A stretch of DNA of 64,000 bases from Octopus vulgaris (GCA_951406725.2 OX597831.1:16554001-16618000); one strand, 5' to 3'; positions 40,978 through 56,696 are shown, counted from the first letter of the stretch. The notes: a model not told the origin generated them from the sequence alone. Program-made: numbers and translations.

Positions 40978-41639
40978 GTATATACATGTTCAAACTATTA
41001 GAGTTTTTATTAAAATATTTAAATATCCAAAGTCGGTGAGCAGGTAGAATCGTTAGCTGACGCTTAACGTCATTTTCTCTAAATTTCCCCCAGGGAGGCT
41101 TTGTCTTTCATCTCTTCGGGTTCGATAAAATAAGTACCAATCAAGTACTGAGGTCGATTTAATAGACTTACTACAATTACCCGAAATTGCTGGTCGTGTG
41201 CCAAGATTTTAATGCAGTATTACAATATGTAATTGCTTTTCCTCTGTTTCTAGGATCTGAATTCAAATTCCCCTTGCTTCCTTGTAATTAGTTTGACTTT
41301 AACCACTTTAGTGGTTGAAAATATGCGTATCTGTGATCACGAGCAGAAATGGTGAGGGCGTAATACAGACATGTGTTGAAAGGAATTCTTTGGGGTTTGG
41401 ATAACAATTCAGTTTTGTTCAACATCATTAAACAACTATTATTGAGGGAGTTTTTGAGCCGGTTGGGGAGCTCCACGAGAAGAAAATTGTAACTCGACCA
41501 CGCCTGCAAGTTCATACGTTGTTTATCTTGATATGAGATCACTATGTCGCACACATATGTTTCTGGTGCATGTGCCTGGTGTACCCTTATCAGACGAGGA
41601 ATCATGATGGGTGTACTTTTCTCTCACTGAATAATAATG

Positions 41640-41673
<34 letters not shown>

Positions 41674-41679
41674 CAGCAG

Positions 41680-41789
<110 letters not shown>

Positions 41790-43367
41790 TTAGTAGTAGT
41801 AGTAGTAGTAGTCGTCAAAATAATACAAGAAATAATGGTGGCAGAGGACTAATTAGTATAGGAAATTGTTTAAGGAATGAAAGAAGAACGCGTGCCGAGT
41901 ATTTGATAAATAGTGATGAAGACCTGCTTCAATATACCGCGAAGAATATGGGAGTAAATGCAGATGAAATGATGGGCAAGGAAGGCCTTCTTGAAATGAG
42001 AATGAATGGATGGTTTGTACATAAACACAAGACCTTCAGGATAATACAGCATCATGAGCAAGGCTGGAGGGAGGTGATCTGAAGCCTACCACAGAAAGCC
42101 TGATCATGGAATGTGAAGGTGTGTATGCGGACCATGTTTGTAATGCGGTGTGTGTGTGTGTCGTCTGCAGTAGGATCAGGGAGTTTTATTTATTAAGGCT
42201 TTTTAAAATCTATTCACTGATATAGTATTTTTATGATCATTTAGGATATAGTAAAAACTTTATCCGTGCGGCAAAGAAAACGGAAGGGTCCAACATACGG
42301 TGCTGTTAGCGGAGGTTTAAAAACATAGATGCCGTGCACAAAAACGTGAGTCTAAGAAATAAAGCTTCCTTCAAGGCAGAGCTAGAAAGGTAATTGTCAA
42401 GTAGGGAAGAGGTTTTAAGCAGATGCGATCCACGATTGGAAAAACTAAAAAAAATGTCACGGTTAAATTAAATTCATTATTGTTCCTGAATACGCTAGTG
42501 TTATTTAATTTCCGAACGGTTCCGCTAACGTTTATTTATGTAGTTTGATTTGTTTATCCATTAGTTTCCACTAAGATAGAGACGCGAGTAAAATTAATTA
42601 TAGAGAAACGAAAATGAAGCTCGAAAGCAATTTACCCGGCTAACGTCCTTCAAAAAAGTCCTCACTCTAAATGTACTCTGCGAAACATTACATGAAACAG
42701 TTGACCATCACACCTAGGGATTGTCTGTACTGATAGCAAACGAATGCAAAAGATCGCTACGATACGGTAGGACAGTATTTACATTGGTAAATACGTGAAC
42801 ATTACAAAATCAGCAGTACAGCCTACTGGTATAAACATCATCCTGAGCCAGTCGTTGAGGATGAAAATGTCACCATCCTCTGGGATTCTACAGTCAGCAC
42901 CGGCAGAACGATCGAGGGGAATCGACCAGACATAGTCATTCAAACAGGGAAGAAACTATTTGAAGACTAAGAGATGCAAGTGTGCCTACTGTTAAAATAT
43001 ATATATGGAAAGGAATATAAAACTTGGGAATTGAAGTAGAGCAAGGAATGTTCTTGTAATTGTAGGTCTGAAAAGAAAGGGATGTAAGAAATATGTAGAA
43101 AATGTGCCAGAAGTGCCATGACTCAGAGAAATCCAAAAGAACGCGCAGAGAATTATTGCAAATATCTTTAGAAAAACTCTATCAATTTAAATATCTCTGC
43201 TGTATTACATGAATATATTTCGCTTCTACCCCTACAACTTGCCCTGCATAATCTTTCAGTCTCAGCGAGTGATGTGGGGGGGGGGGGGCTCGGCGAGTGT
43301 TTGTAACAAACAGGCAGACTAAAAGTAAATAGTAATAATGACGTGGACAACAACAACAGCAGCAACA

Positions 43368-43439
<72 letters not shown>

Positions 43440-43440
<1 letters not shown>

Positions 43441-43990
43441 CCCTGATGTAGTATCAGACAGTGGCTCTCATAGCTTCTGATCTGAACTGATTGGAAGTGA
43501 TGTACATTGTTCCCCGAGCGCACAGGAATCCGGAGCCCCATTGGTGATCTCCACACCATTTGTGGAACCTATTTACAAACCAGTGGGGATTTGTTGTATT
43601 CACCAAGCTGCTTCTGTTACTGTCTAGTCCAACCCTCACATATTCATGATTACCTGACGTCGAAGACAACAAATCCTCATTGAAAAATACAACAGAGTAG
43701 TTGGTATTGTAGCATCGCAAGATGGTTACAACACCAAAGATTGTAGGAGCACTTGAAATGTTCAATAAAGGAATTGAAAATTATTTGAGAATGATAGCTG
43801 GATTACCCTCCGTTCAGATTGCATTTTCTGGTACGTACACGTATTGAAAATTGTATTGTAGCTATGAATGGCTTTATAAATGAACAACCTGGTGTGATTA
43901 TTTTAATGACCTGTAATTGTATACAGCGCGTTTCTCTGCCCTAGATGTCAGGAAGGCACTCGGCAAGTGAAGGAAATTGAATCGAAAGAT
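43440..43990 (+). mobile_element. R4/Dong-like 3' end fragment downstream of (TAA)n
   Basis: IVGALEM..KGIENYLRMIAGLP, homologous to 47468-47790. Confidence 0.6.
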
Positions 43991-44529
43991 GAAAATGGAA
44001 GTTATAATAATCATAATATAATTGAACAGCACCCAAAACAAAACCAAGCAAAAGAACGCCGGACTGATAACTATAAACAGTTAAAAATGGTTGATTTATG
44101 AGGTGCACCCAGACACAAACATGCACACACATTACTATGCCGTACTCCACGAAAACATAGAAGAATAAATGCATGCTGTTGATAGCCAAGAAAATGAAGA
44201 AAACCCACAACATGTGCCATAGAAGGCTGATACCCGATAGAAGACACACAACCTGTGCTAAACAGACAGCACACAATATAAAGACAAATGCTTCAGAAGA
44301 CACAAAGGAAAACCCATAAGAAAATGTGCTGATACAATACCATATGCCCGCTGCCTTAACATTTTCAGCATACATCACCCCACCTGAAGAAAGTTGTAAC
44401 AAATGATGGAATCAAAAGTTACATGAAACTTTCAAATGTTGAAAAATAATAAGAGATGACGATGGTGACGAACGTTGACTTATCTTAGTTTATGAGAGAC
44501 GAGAGTTTACGAAAACGAAACTGGAGCTT

Positions 44530-47125
44530 TAATGGGAGGCTTCTCTTTCGGCCGTGCATCAGTAAATGTGCAGACTGACTACAACTATTATCCTAATACA
44601 ATTTCAGCATATAATAGAGCAAAGAGGAGGAAGTGGACCGGCGAAGAAAACGAGATAGTTATAAAGGGACACTTAGAAAGGGAACCTAAAAGAATGGGCT
44701 ATCGAAAACGCATGTTAAGATTTTGGTTAGAGAGTGGTATGTTTAAAGCGACTGAACATGCTAATAGAAGAAAGTGGATGAGAGAATTGCTGGTAGAAGA
44801 GATCACAAGAGAAATGGAAAAGAAAGTCGAGGCAGTAGGAATGACAAACAATAACATAAGAGATAATTAAACCAAAAACATAATAGCGCTACCATAAAGG
44901 AAGGGACAACTGGCACCGATGACGTAAATTATTTGAGCAAGATCAGACGATTTTAAATTAGATGCAGGAAGTGATGAGTAAAAAGTAAGAAAAATATTGT
45001 TTGCATTAAAAGACATCAAGAGAAGGAGTCTACGACAAATTGCAAGGAGTGTAAATTCTGCTATCAGGAAGATAGATACTAAATAATGGAAGAGTTATAA
45101 CAGAGCATCATAGCAGTAGCAGGTAAATTATCCAGGTAGCAGAAAAGAATAGATCGGTATCAGCAGTATAGATTATTCGAGGCAGACCAGATGAGAATTT
45201 ATAACCAGATAAATAGTGTAGAATGAAGTAATGGAAATGAGAAACCTAATGCAGATGAAGCTTAAAAGATCTGGAGTAATATTTGGGATAAATCTGTGTA
45301 TCAGAATGGAGATGCAGTACGGTTAGAGAATGTGAGGTAAGAAATGGTGGGTGAGAAGCAGCTAGCTCAAAGATTAGCTAGTACGTTAAAGAGTAAAGTG
45401 TTAGGAAAAATGCCAAATTCGAAGGTTCCAGGATGAGATTAATTCAGTAGTTTGCATGGGAGACTGAGGGCGCAACTTCAGGATTGCATTAATCGAGGAA
45501 TAATACCGGAATGGAGTACTTCAGGGAGGACAATAAACATTATGAATGATAAGAGCATAGGTAATACAGTCAGTAACTATAGCCAAGTCACCGTTGTTAA
45601 CGGGAATGCTTTCAGAACGATAAGATTGCAGATAAAATTATAGGGGAACGCATGATCTATTATATATAGTCAAAGCAGTACAAAATGAAGTAAAAACTTG
45701 AAGGACAAAATCTAATGGTAGCAATGATAGAATAAAAGAAAGCCTATGACAGGATCCCGCACTCACGGATAAAATGCATGTTTCCGTATGTTCAGTACAG
45801 GAGTCAACACAGTGAGTGAAATATTACTCATGGAAAGTGGACAAGTAGTCAAGTGAAGGAAGCCAATTAACAGATGGCTAGATATTAAAATCATTGAAAT
45901 AAGAGGGGAGGTTATAAATATATAGGTGTATTAGAATATGACACAGCACTAATTATAGAAGGAAAAACGAAAATTGTGAAGAGGGAGTCAGCTAATGGAG
46001 TTAAAACATAAATCTCCGAATCTATTGAAGGCTGTAAATACGTAAGCAGTATCGTTACTTAGATACTTACCAGCTTGTGTAGATTGGACAAAAACTGATT
46101 TGGCAAAGCTAGACAGAAGAACTAGGAATGAATTCTATAAGAATAGAGGATTCCACCAAAGGGCAGTAGTATGAAGTTTATACTTACCAGGAAAGGAAAG
46201 TGAAAGAGGACTGATATCAGTGGAAGACTACGTGGAGTTAGCTAGAGTAGATATAGACTCCTATGAAGGTAAGAGTGAAGACAGTTTATCAAAGGCTTCT
46301 AGAGTCACGGCAAAGCATAGGGAAACCAAAACACCAAACGAATTTAAAAACCAGAGAAAAAGGACAAAAATATCTGACTAGCAGGAGATCCTGCTGCATG
46401 GGAGATTCCCAAAGTTTGCTTCAGCAAATAGTAGCAGTGATACATGGTTATGCCTGCTGAATGGAAAGCTGAAAAGAGAGATGAAAAGTTTCCTAGTAGC
46501 TGCAGAAGATCAAGCATTCAGGACTAATGAGATAAAATCCAAAATAAACAAATGAAAACCCCAAAACAATAGGTTCCCAGAATAGGCTATGCAAATCAAA
46601 AGATGAAAGCGTTACTCACATTGTTAGTGAATATAGCATGCTGGCACATATAGAATGCAAGAAGTGACATGACAACCTAGGGACAGTAATCCCCTAGGAA
46701 CTATGTAGAATGCTAGGATTTGAACTTACTGATAAACGTTAAGAACATGAACCTAGTAAAGTACTAGGAAGCAAGAAGTACAAGATACTAATGGGACGTT
46801 AACATTCTCACTGACAGAGTAATAGAAGCTAGACTGCCTGATTTGGAAGTAGTAGATTAGAAGAATAGAGTGTGAAATGATGAAAAACATTCATATGAGA
46901 TGTGTAGAAAAAATAGCAAAGTACCAGTACCTAGCCATTGAATTACATAGATTATGGAAACTGTAGGATAAATGTATCCCAGTAGTAATAGATGCATTGG
47001 GAATTATCCCTAAAAATCCGAACAGAGGGAAAGGAAATAAGCATATAACACGGTTTAGTACAGCTGCAGAAAACCGTGTTATTAGACACAGTTAGAATAC
47101 TTAGGAAAGTTCTTTGCATCTAAGA
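44530..47125 (+). mobile_element. Decayed R4/Dong-clade (REL endonuclease) non-LTR retrotransposon
   Basis: N-terminal RRKWTGEEN..GYRKRM; RT relics; LCKSKDESVTHIVS zinc knuckle; TDRVIEARLPD REL motif; IPVVIDALG end. Confidence 0.7.
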
Positions 47126-47285
47126 TTACTAGCTGTAACCCAAGAGCAAGGACCTTAACATCTACTTACTGTTTGCAGATGTTAAGATTATTTTCTTTTC
47201 TAACAGTCTAATCTCTTGAGTTTATGTGAATAATAATAATGATAATAATAATAAAATAATAATAATAATAATAATAATGATAGTG

Positions 47286-47343
<58 letters not shown>

Positions 47344-47351
47344 TAATGATG

Positions 47352-47790
<439 letters not shown>

Positions 47791-47797
47791 AATAATA

Positions 47798-47864
<67 letters not shown>

Positions 47865-49359
47865 TAATAATAATAATAATAGTAATAATAATAATAATAA
47901 TAATAATGATAATAATAATAAACAATAAGGAATATTTTCACAGATACGACGGCTTTGGGACCTACACGGGATCTATACCAACACTATGGAATACCAACAG
48001 AAAAAAAACAACTATATGGTAGTCGCGAAAAGATCTACGTACCTAGTGACCGATTAAAAACGGTGACATTGTCCGTGAATGCCGACACAGCTCACTCAAC
48101 CTAGTTCGTGCCAGATACACATCAACGTCTCCAGTTTGGAAAGTAGATGTTCTTGAGCTAGTCGAAACTGAAGACACGAGAGTTGACCATATTCACGTAT
48201 CGAGTGCAGCATACGAAGTATTTACCATAGATAACCATTCTCCTTATTCATCAAGTACCTGTTGCTATATATTGCGGCAATACAAACGCGGATGATGAGA
48301 AAGAAACTCACAGCCTTCAACACAGTCCCCAAGTATTGCTTGTCGGGCATATCAAAAGCTTTAGATCGATTTAAACTGATCAATGTCCACTGATGCCATG
48401 CAGTTTACGTTCCCGCTCTATGATATATCTCATGGGCTGGATGTTGAAATGGGTACATGAGCTCCGAATGGCGCTTAATTGCCTTTCATAAGTGAAAATT
48501 TCGACCCGATTCGCCAACACATTGCTAACACCAATGGTTCGGAATCTATATTTATCGAAATTATGTATTGGAAAATGTCTGTGTTTCCAATACTTGTTTG
48601 AGATAATTATTAGCTGCACCACTGCACCACAAACTAATTTTAAAAAGGCAGATCCTCGAAACCAGGCAACCACTTGCTTCGCTCAATTCTACTGTCGTCT
48701 TCATTTAGTGCAACACTTTGCCCCTTCTGTCGTACGTCGTGGTAGGCACTGAGGTCCCTCCGCCTAGGTTCACAATTAAACTTATCCTGCCGCTCTTCGA
48801 CCCGATCACTTCAGTTCAAAAGCCTTATACATATGCTTGTTAACAAGCAACAAGTGAACGTTGCGGTCCACAGACGATCCAATATTGACTGTTTCCACAT
48901 TCTTTCTCCACCACTAGGACCAGTCTAATGGCTTTTTCTACTGCGAGTTATACAACTCATGCACACTCTCTGACAATGCAGCTTTCGTACCTCCTCGATC
49001 TCATTCCTTGGTTATCTCTGGCCATTGACTATAATCTCGCTGGAAAATCCATATTGAAACACATGTCTAAAATATTTATTCATTATCAATTCATTCCGCT
49101 TTTTATTTATCATATGATATCGTGTACCACTGGTATTTGTTTTCATGTGTAGCGCTTGTCAATCTATTCTAACAATTTTCGGGGGAATGCATATCAAATA
49201 ATAAGCGTCAAAATTTAAACATGTTAACGATTATGATGACTTTATATGTTTGTAGCTTGCCCTAGAATTGCATTGCTAACAGCCTCCCTCCCGATACCTA
49301 AATCACTTCTCTACTACAAATAATTGTTTTTTTCATCCTTGGAGTTATCACCATCATCA

Positions 49360-49438
<79 letters not shown>

Positions 49439-49492
49439 ATAGCTTTATATTTTTATAGCGTGCTTTCACTTCACTCTCAGTACACATATATG

Positions 49493-49542
<50 letters not shown>

Positions 49543-49661
49543 GTATCATAACCACGATTGTAATGAGAAAAATTAACTTTCTTGTAAAATAGAATTGAGC
49601 AACATAAAGATTTATGCCCATCCTTCTATGATACTGACAGGTTCATTTTTTTTTCTTTCAG

Positions 49662-49749
49662 ATTACTCCGAAGGTATAGAGTTTGTCTTTTTGGAATAAG
49701 CGATGAATGTTTTGCATATTTCAGGTTCTACCATTATTATAAATGTGTG
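49662..49749 (+). CDS. Gene C exon 3 ((R)LLRRYRVCLFGISDECFAYFRFYHYYKCV)
   Basis: Poly-T tract with tttcag acceptor, GTG|gtaaga donor, 88 nt phase 2/0. Confidence 0.85.
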
Positions 49750-50047
49750 GTAAGATCATAAGTACTGTTTCTTCAATTTTTCTTATTCGCGTTTAATGTT
49801 CATACGTTTTCTATGGATTTTCAAGCTATATATATATATATGAAAATGTGAATAGAAATAGCTTTTCTGAAAATGTTTCCATTTTAATAGTTAGAAATTC
49901 CAGATTTTGAAAATGATGACCCTGATGGGAGTCTCTCGCTTAAAAGCAGATAATTTAAAATGTAGTCACTGCTTAAATAGGAAGTGTCACAAAGATACAC
50001 ATATAGAAGCACAAATGCCACCACCGTCTACATACACTCACACACAC

Positions 50048-50089
<42 letters not shown>

Positions 50090-51188
50090 CATATTACTAA
50101 TATATTATTTAAACAACTGAATGGAATTAACCCATACAACATGCCTTAACCTTTTTTGTTCTCATTAGCATTTATACATCCGCTATATTGTAAACCTACA
50201 ATGGTTCCATAAGTAACGTTTGTTTTCTATTATGATTTTTAGAATAATAATTATAATATATTTAATTACTTCCTATGTGATCGGAGTCAAATAGGGAAAA
50301 TGTGAATGGCATAGATTAATGAAACGATGACACCGAGAACAAGAGAAAAAATAAAGAAATAGAGAAAAAAAAAGACAAAAGACGCATAAAAGTTCACATC
50401 ACAATTGATCGTTCCGATAGTGTAGATGTTAGTTTATAAGTCTTTCGATGCAATTCCTTGTAAATCCATGTATAGTTGCAACTTTAATGTTGTAAATATT
50501 CAAAGGTAAACACGAGCGTATTGGGGTTTGGTAACAGAACGGTAACAGAGGTGGCTGATAAGGGGAAAAGAGAGAGAAAATATATAGAAAGAGAGAGGGT
50601 ATTGGTTGGGAAGCAGCAGGCACCAAAAATGGAGGAGGAAAGGGAGGATTGGTACGAAGGATAAAATAAGGGGTATAAAATATGATAAGAAGATATATAA
50701 ATAAATAAATAAATGAATATGGGTAAATAAGGAGAGGGAGTAGGTAAAGGACGATAACGTAAAAAAGTATTCAATAGAGTAAAATGAAAAGGTTTCAAAG
50801 GCAGTTTTATGTACCAGTACAATTCTACGAGTTTGTTGGGATTGCGGAGGAAATCGATTTGTAAGTGTTTGTGTCTATCTCATGGCTAAGATCAGTTGGT
50901 GTAGAAGTAACTAAAAAATTTCCTACAGCCAGTGATCTTAGCCATAAAGCAGACACAACACTCATCTACCTTTACCTCCTCTCTCCTTATTTCTCCCCCC
51001 ACACCCCGTTTTTAGTTTCCTTTCATTATTTTTATTATGCACATATTTTTGTGCGTATATGTAGATATTATGTATGAATATAGGTGAATGAATACATGTA
51101 TATATCGTTGGGTTTCTCTGTGCGTTTGTATATGTAAGGGCCAGTGTTCTTATGTGCGTGTTTGTGTACGTGCATATATATATACATA

Positions 51189-51247
<59 letters not shown>

Positions 51248-51548
51248 GTATTCGTGGATGTACGTCTCAATGTAGGTGGTTACGTTTAGTTATTTGTATA
51301 TGTTTGTGTATGCATGTGTGCATTTTTGTATTTGTATATCTGTATACGGCTATATAAACTCTGTATCTAAGCAGTGAATGAACCCTAAATTATCAGTTAG
51401 AAGATTGCTTTTAAGCGAGAAATTTCCATGAGATTTCCCTTTTGTATACTTATAAACGTCTAAATATTAAAATGTATAAGAAAAGTCATTTGTATTCTTT
51501 TTGTCAAATACATTACACTGCACAAAGGACTTTCTGTTCCTTATACTA

Positions 51549-51621
<73 letters not shown>

Positions 51622-51867
51622 TATATATATATATCATATATACAGAGAGAGAGAGAGCAATAAGAAAGTCGAGGGGATCAATAGGTGGTTCATCAACTTT
51701 TAGACATATTTCTACAAGAATATACATACATGTATAACATATTATGCTTTACATATAAAATATATTAGTATATGAAGATGTCAGTAATAATTAAAATATA
51801 ACACACAGGAATATAAATTCCTGTATGACATATTTTAATAATTGCTGATATCTTCATATACTAATAA

Positions 51868-51951
<84 letters not shown>

Positions 51952-52463
51952 AGTTGAAGACGGGAAGGATGACTTCCCTTTGCAAATACTGACAGGACAC
52001 AGAAAGTGTGTCTATGGCCAGCTGGAGGAGTGTGTCCTCCTGGGGCTAAAAACTACAGTAGCATCCACCCTTAGGGGTTAGCCATATTGAAATGGCAAAA
52101 ATACGTCACGATGTGTTACCGCTACTGTATATAACTCACTTTGATATTTATCATTGTTTGATTTCACTTTTTCAATATCAGCGACAGTGGGCGCTGGAAA
52201 AAGTATAAGTATTTGTGAAGGAAATCTAATTCTCGGCGACAACTATGATTGTCACACGCTGACGAGAGGTCAATACCTCGAAACTCGAGTCCGTGTGTAT
52301 TATAAGTTGAAGACGGGAAGGATGACTTCCCTTTGCAAATACTAAACAGGACACAGAAAGTGTGTCTATGGCCAGCTGGAGGAGTGTGTCCTCCTGGGGC
52401 TAAAAACTACAGTAGCATCCACCCTTAGGGGTTAGCCATATTGAAATGGCAAAAATACGTCAC

Positions 52464-52468
<5 letters not shown>
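51952..52468 (+). mobile_element. Retrozyme/Penelope pLTR-like partial tandem repeat (353-nt period, ~1.46 copies) within (TA)n
   Basis: Direct repeats 51952-52114 and 52305-52468 bracket a canonical hammerhead. Confidence 0.75.
52253..52297 (+). ncRNA. Canonical minimal type I hammerhead ribozyme
   Basis: CACACG-CUGACGA-GAGGU-caau-ACCUC-GAAAC-UCGA-GUC-CGUGUG; all core nucleotides and three helices present; predicted cleavage after 52291. Confidence 0.9.
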
Positions 52469-52546
<78 letters not shown>

Positions 52547-52829
52547 ATATATATGTATATTCTTGTAATTGTCATTTTAGTAAATAAATAAATAAAGTTG
52601 ACATAATATAATATCTAAGAGTTGATAAATCACCTCTTGATGCCCACCAGTTTCTTATTGCTCTATGAATTAATGGTAAAATATCGCTCTACCTTCACCC
52701 ATTTAGTACATTCGGTAACATTGCAATACAATAAAAAAAACACTTGTGCATTAATAATTGGGTAGTCTACCAGCAGTATATTGGATATATATTATCCCTT
52801 AGTTGGTGAATACACTACCTCTAAATTAT

Positions 52830-52968
<139 letters not shown>

Positions 52969-53176
52969 TACATATTGATGTGACATCGTGAGTACCGCTG
53001 GCGATTTTTTTCCTCTGTCTTCCCTTCTCAGGATCTTTCCTTCTCCTATGTTTCTGACGAAGAATCCGCTCAAAACGTTAAACCCTCCTTCTTCCCTTCT
53101 TTCCTGAGCGTCCAATAATACTATATTTGTTCCACGTCCTCGCGTTGTTGTGTTTATTGTGTTTTCTTGTTTGGTT

Positions 53177-53245
<69 letters not shown>

Positions 53246-53339
53246 ACGTGTGTATGTGTGCGTGTGTGTACTTGTCTCTCTATACGTGCCTATGTATCGG
53301 TATATGTACGTTATTTAAACGATATTTTTAAAATTTCAG

Positions 53340-53372
53340 CTTAATAGCGGAGCAGGTATCAACAGAGATATG
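53340..53372 (+). CDS. Gene C exon 4 (LNSGAGINRDM), putative GPI omega site NSG/SGA
   Basis: atttcag acceptor, ATG|gtaggt donor, 33 nt phase 0/0; an alternative donor at 53388 is possible. Confidence 0.6.
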
Positions 53373-53869
53373 GTAGGTAGCACGAATGTAAAGTATTGTT
53401 AATATTTCACTGATATGCTAGGGCAGAGCAGGTGTAGTTTTTCAACGATAAGTCTAGGTTATCACCGAAGAATTATCTCAATATCTCCTCCAGATTTGGC
53501 AATACTAATAGGTGCAATTTGAGTAGCATTTTCCTTCATAATTTTCACGTATACCTTTCGTAATATTATAGCAGTAAATACATTGCTAACACTAAAAATA
53601 AGATTAATAACTTTGAAATATGTATATGAATCATGTATTTGAAAAGATATGCACCAGGTAACGTTGTATAATCTCTGTGGTTCCAGCGTATAGTTGGTGA
53701 GTATTGAAATATCGGATAAGATGTTTCGGTTGTGTTTACAGAAAAATTCAACCCTATGAGTATTTAGCTGGTACGCGTTACATTGAGAAATACGGTGTTG
53801 GTATACACTAATGCATCCGACAAGTCCTAAAAAGCCTTTGTCTATTATAATTAAATGAATAATAACATA

Positions 53870-55115
53870 CGATCGATGATTATCAGCTCATTGCAGCTGT
53901 TTCTTAATTAAAATTACATAGAATAAGAACATTACATCATTATAAAACACCGTAATCATCAGATGAGAAGTTATTTTTAAAAAACCCAGAAAACTATCCA
54001 AAGAATACAGCAGGGATGTGGTTAGACTCTGTCGAGACCAAATATGAAACGTTAGAATGAACCAATAGGATAGCAGTTTGTATTAACAACGTACTTCTTT
54101 AAAGCGTGTAATCTGATATCTAAGGTCAGTGACCCGGGTGAGAGGAAGTCTGCTAGCCTAGGGCTTAGGATGACTGGAGTGATGTGGTAGGAAATAATTT
54201 ATTTCGGTAGGCTTGGAGTAGCGGAATGTAATTGAGAGGTCATAAAACAATGAAGGGTACGGGAAAAAGCAATGATAAATAAACCAAAACGTAAGGGTGA
54301 AGGAAAAATACAAATACAAAACTAAAGTCCTACACGTTTAACATTCCGTATAGTTTATCATTGGACCACTCCGTACTGCTGGCTTTACTTGATATATGAC
54401 CTGCTATTTCCTTAAACTCCGTATAAAGTGTAGTTCATTATATAATACCATAATTAAAAATAAAATCTAAACTCCCTATTCATAGGTGGCGCTCTATTCT
54501 AATACAACTTCAATTCCATAAATATTCGATCTGATTATTTGATGGCCTTGGTATCCGCCCCTAATTGCAACCGACTTCCATTGAATACCCCTAAATTTTT
54601 GTTGCTCTGTCCCCCTCCTCTGGTCATTACCTTTAGCTAGATTTTCTTATACCCCTTATAGTATACTTTTATTTTTATTTTTATGTTTCGTTCACCCTAA
54701 CATTTCATTTATTTATGATTCTCCCCCCCCCCACCGTATCCTTGTTTTATGACTTCTCCATTACACCACACTATTCCAAGCCTGCAATAATAAATTATCT
54801 ATTAGCCCCCAATCCAGTCAGCCAATCTTCTAGGCTATCAGACTCCTTCTCACCCCAATAACTCACGTTAGATATCAGATTACACACTTCCAAGAACTAT
54901 TTTCTCAGCGTAAACGGCCAACATGGTCGTCTTTATCCCATTTCCCATTTGGCAACGACAGGCTCTAGCTACATTCCTGCCGTAATCCTGAGATATTCTT
55001 TTGTTTTGTAAAATTATTCTTCATCTTGCGATCACTGTCTTTTATGATGATGTAATTCTCCCATTCTTCTATTTAACGTTACCTCAGAAACAGTTACAGT
55101 GAGCTGACGATTATC
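53870..55115. repeat. Old ~1.25-kb inverted repeat (arms ~53870-54330 and ~54680-55115) in gene C last intron
   Basis: gtgtaatctgatatctaa / ttagatatcagattacac; tcagctca..tgtttct / agaaaca..tgagctga; decayed hammerhead on the minus strand at ~53886-53967. Confidence 0.65.
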
Positions 55116-55169
55116 CATCATATGTTACGTAATATATCATATATCTAACATGTCATATCCTCTTTGCAG

Positions 55170-55229
55170 GTCAGGCTGGAAACATTGTTGGCCTTTGCAT
55201 TTGTCACTCAATTAATGATAAGGAAATAA
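55170..55229 (+). CDS. Gene C terminal exon 5 (VRLETLLAFAFVTQLMIRK*), hydrophobic tail
   Basis: tcctctttgcag acceptor, 60 nt to stop, homologous to gene A exon 5, AATAAA at 55225-55230. Confidence 0.7.
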   Translation, partial: VRLETLLAFAFVTQLMIRK

Positions 55230-56305
55230 AGAATCTATTGTAATAAGTATATTGTATCATTTTATGTTTCTTTTTCTTTGTTTTTGTATGTCAGAAATAT
55301 GACGTATTTTTGCGATGAACAGTTGCCTTCCTTATATTACTGGTCATTACGCCATGATAAATTCGTTGTCATAATGTTGCATATTGAAAGACTGAAAGCT
55401 ACAAAGAAAATCTTCTTATGGTATTCCTTTTCTCATTACAATTTTTAGTAGAAATACCATTGTCTGCTGTCAATAAAATAAAGGACCAATCCCATATTTG
55501 AATGTACGGGATAAACAAGGCCTTCCTCTCAAAACTATTTGTTTGGTCTCGAGTTGTCAGAATCATTAACGAGTGTGAAAATATATTTAGTGGCATTGTT
55601 CCGTCATTTATAAATTCTTGGGACAACTTAAGAACTAGATTCGTTGTAATCGACTATACGCTCCTTTTGAATTAGCTAACACTGTGCCAAATTTCATTTT
55701 TTTTTTCTGTAATTCTTTTTTCCACTCTATTCCTAAATTCTAACTTCTATTTTCACGCAGGCCAATTGCGAATTTCATTATTTTGACTTTCCTAAATGAA
55801 GCACCAGTGAAGGATTCGAATTTTGGTCATCGAAACGCACCTTAAATCTTATCTAAAATACTCTCTTTAACAAAAAAAGATCTTATCATTTTAAGCGATA
55901 TCAATAATTCTTACGTTTTAACTTCAGCACATGACCAGCAGAAACAAATTATAAGAGCTCTCAGATTTAATTCACTGCTGTGAGTGGTTAAGTTTCTCTT
56001 TTTTTTATCATACTATCAACATGAAAACGATCTTTATCTTTTCCTTTATTTATATCATTCATTGAACAGCGGCCATTTTGGAGCACAGACTTGAAGTATT
56101 TCAGTCGAAGGAATTCAGGCAAATAATTACTTTAAGCTTGGTAGTTATTTTATCGGTCTCTTTGCTAAGCACCTGACACGCAAACACACTAACTCCGGTT
56201 CTTAAGCGGTACTGGGGAACAAACATAGTCACAACTGTACACACACACATACATACATGCATACAAACACCAAACGCTGGGGCACACTGAAACACACACA
56301 CAAGC

Positions 56306-56362
<57 letters not shown>

Positions 56363-56625
56363 TATACATACGTCAACCAAATCCACTCAAGAGGCTCTGG
56401 TCGGCTTGTGGCTATGTTTCAATTGTCAAGGATTCCGCGCAGTGGGACTGAAGGGAACACCATGTGGCTGGGAAGCCATCTTGTTATCACACAGCCACGT
56501 CTAATATGAACACGGTATGATATCAGAGCATAAACAACCGGACGGAATACCAAAAGTTTCACCACTATATCCATCTGCTTCCACTTTACCTCCACTTCCT
56601 CCCCCTCACACTCAGCCTTCTGCTT

Positions 56626-56696
<71 letters not shown>

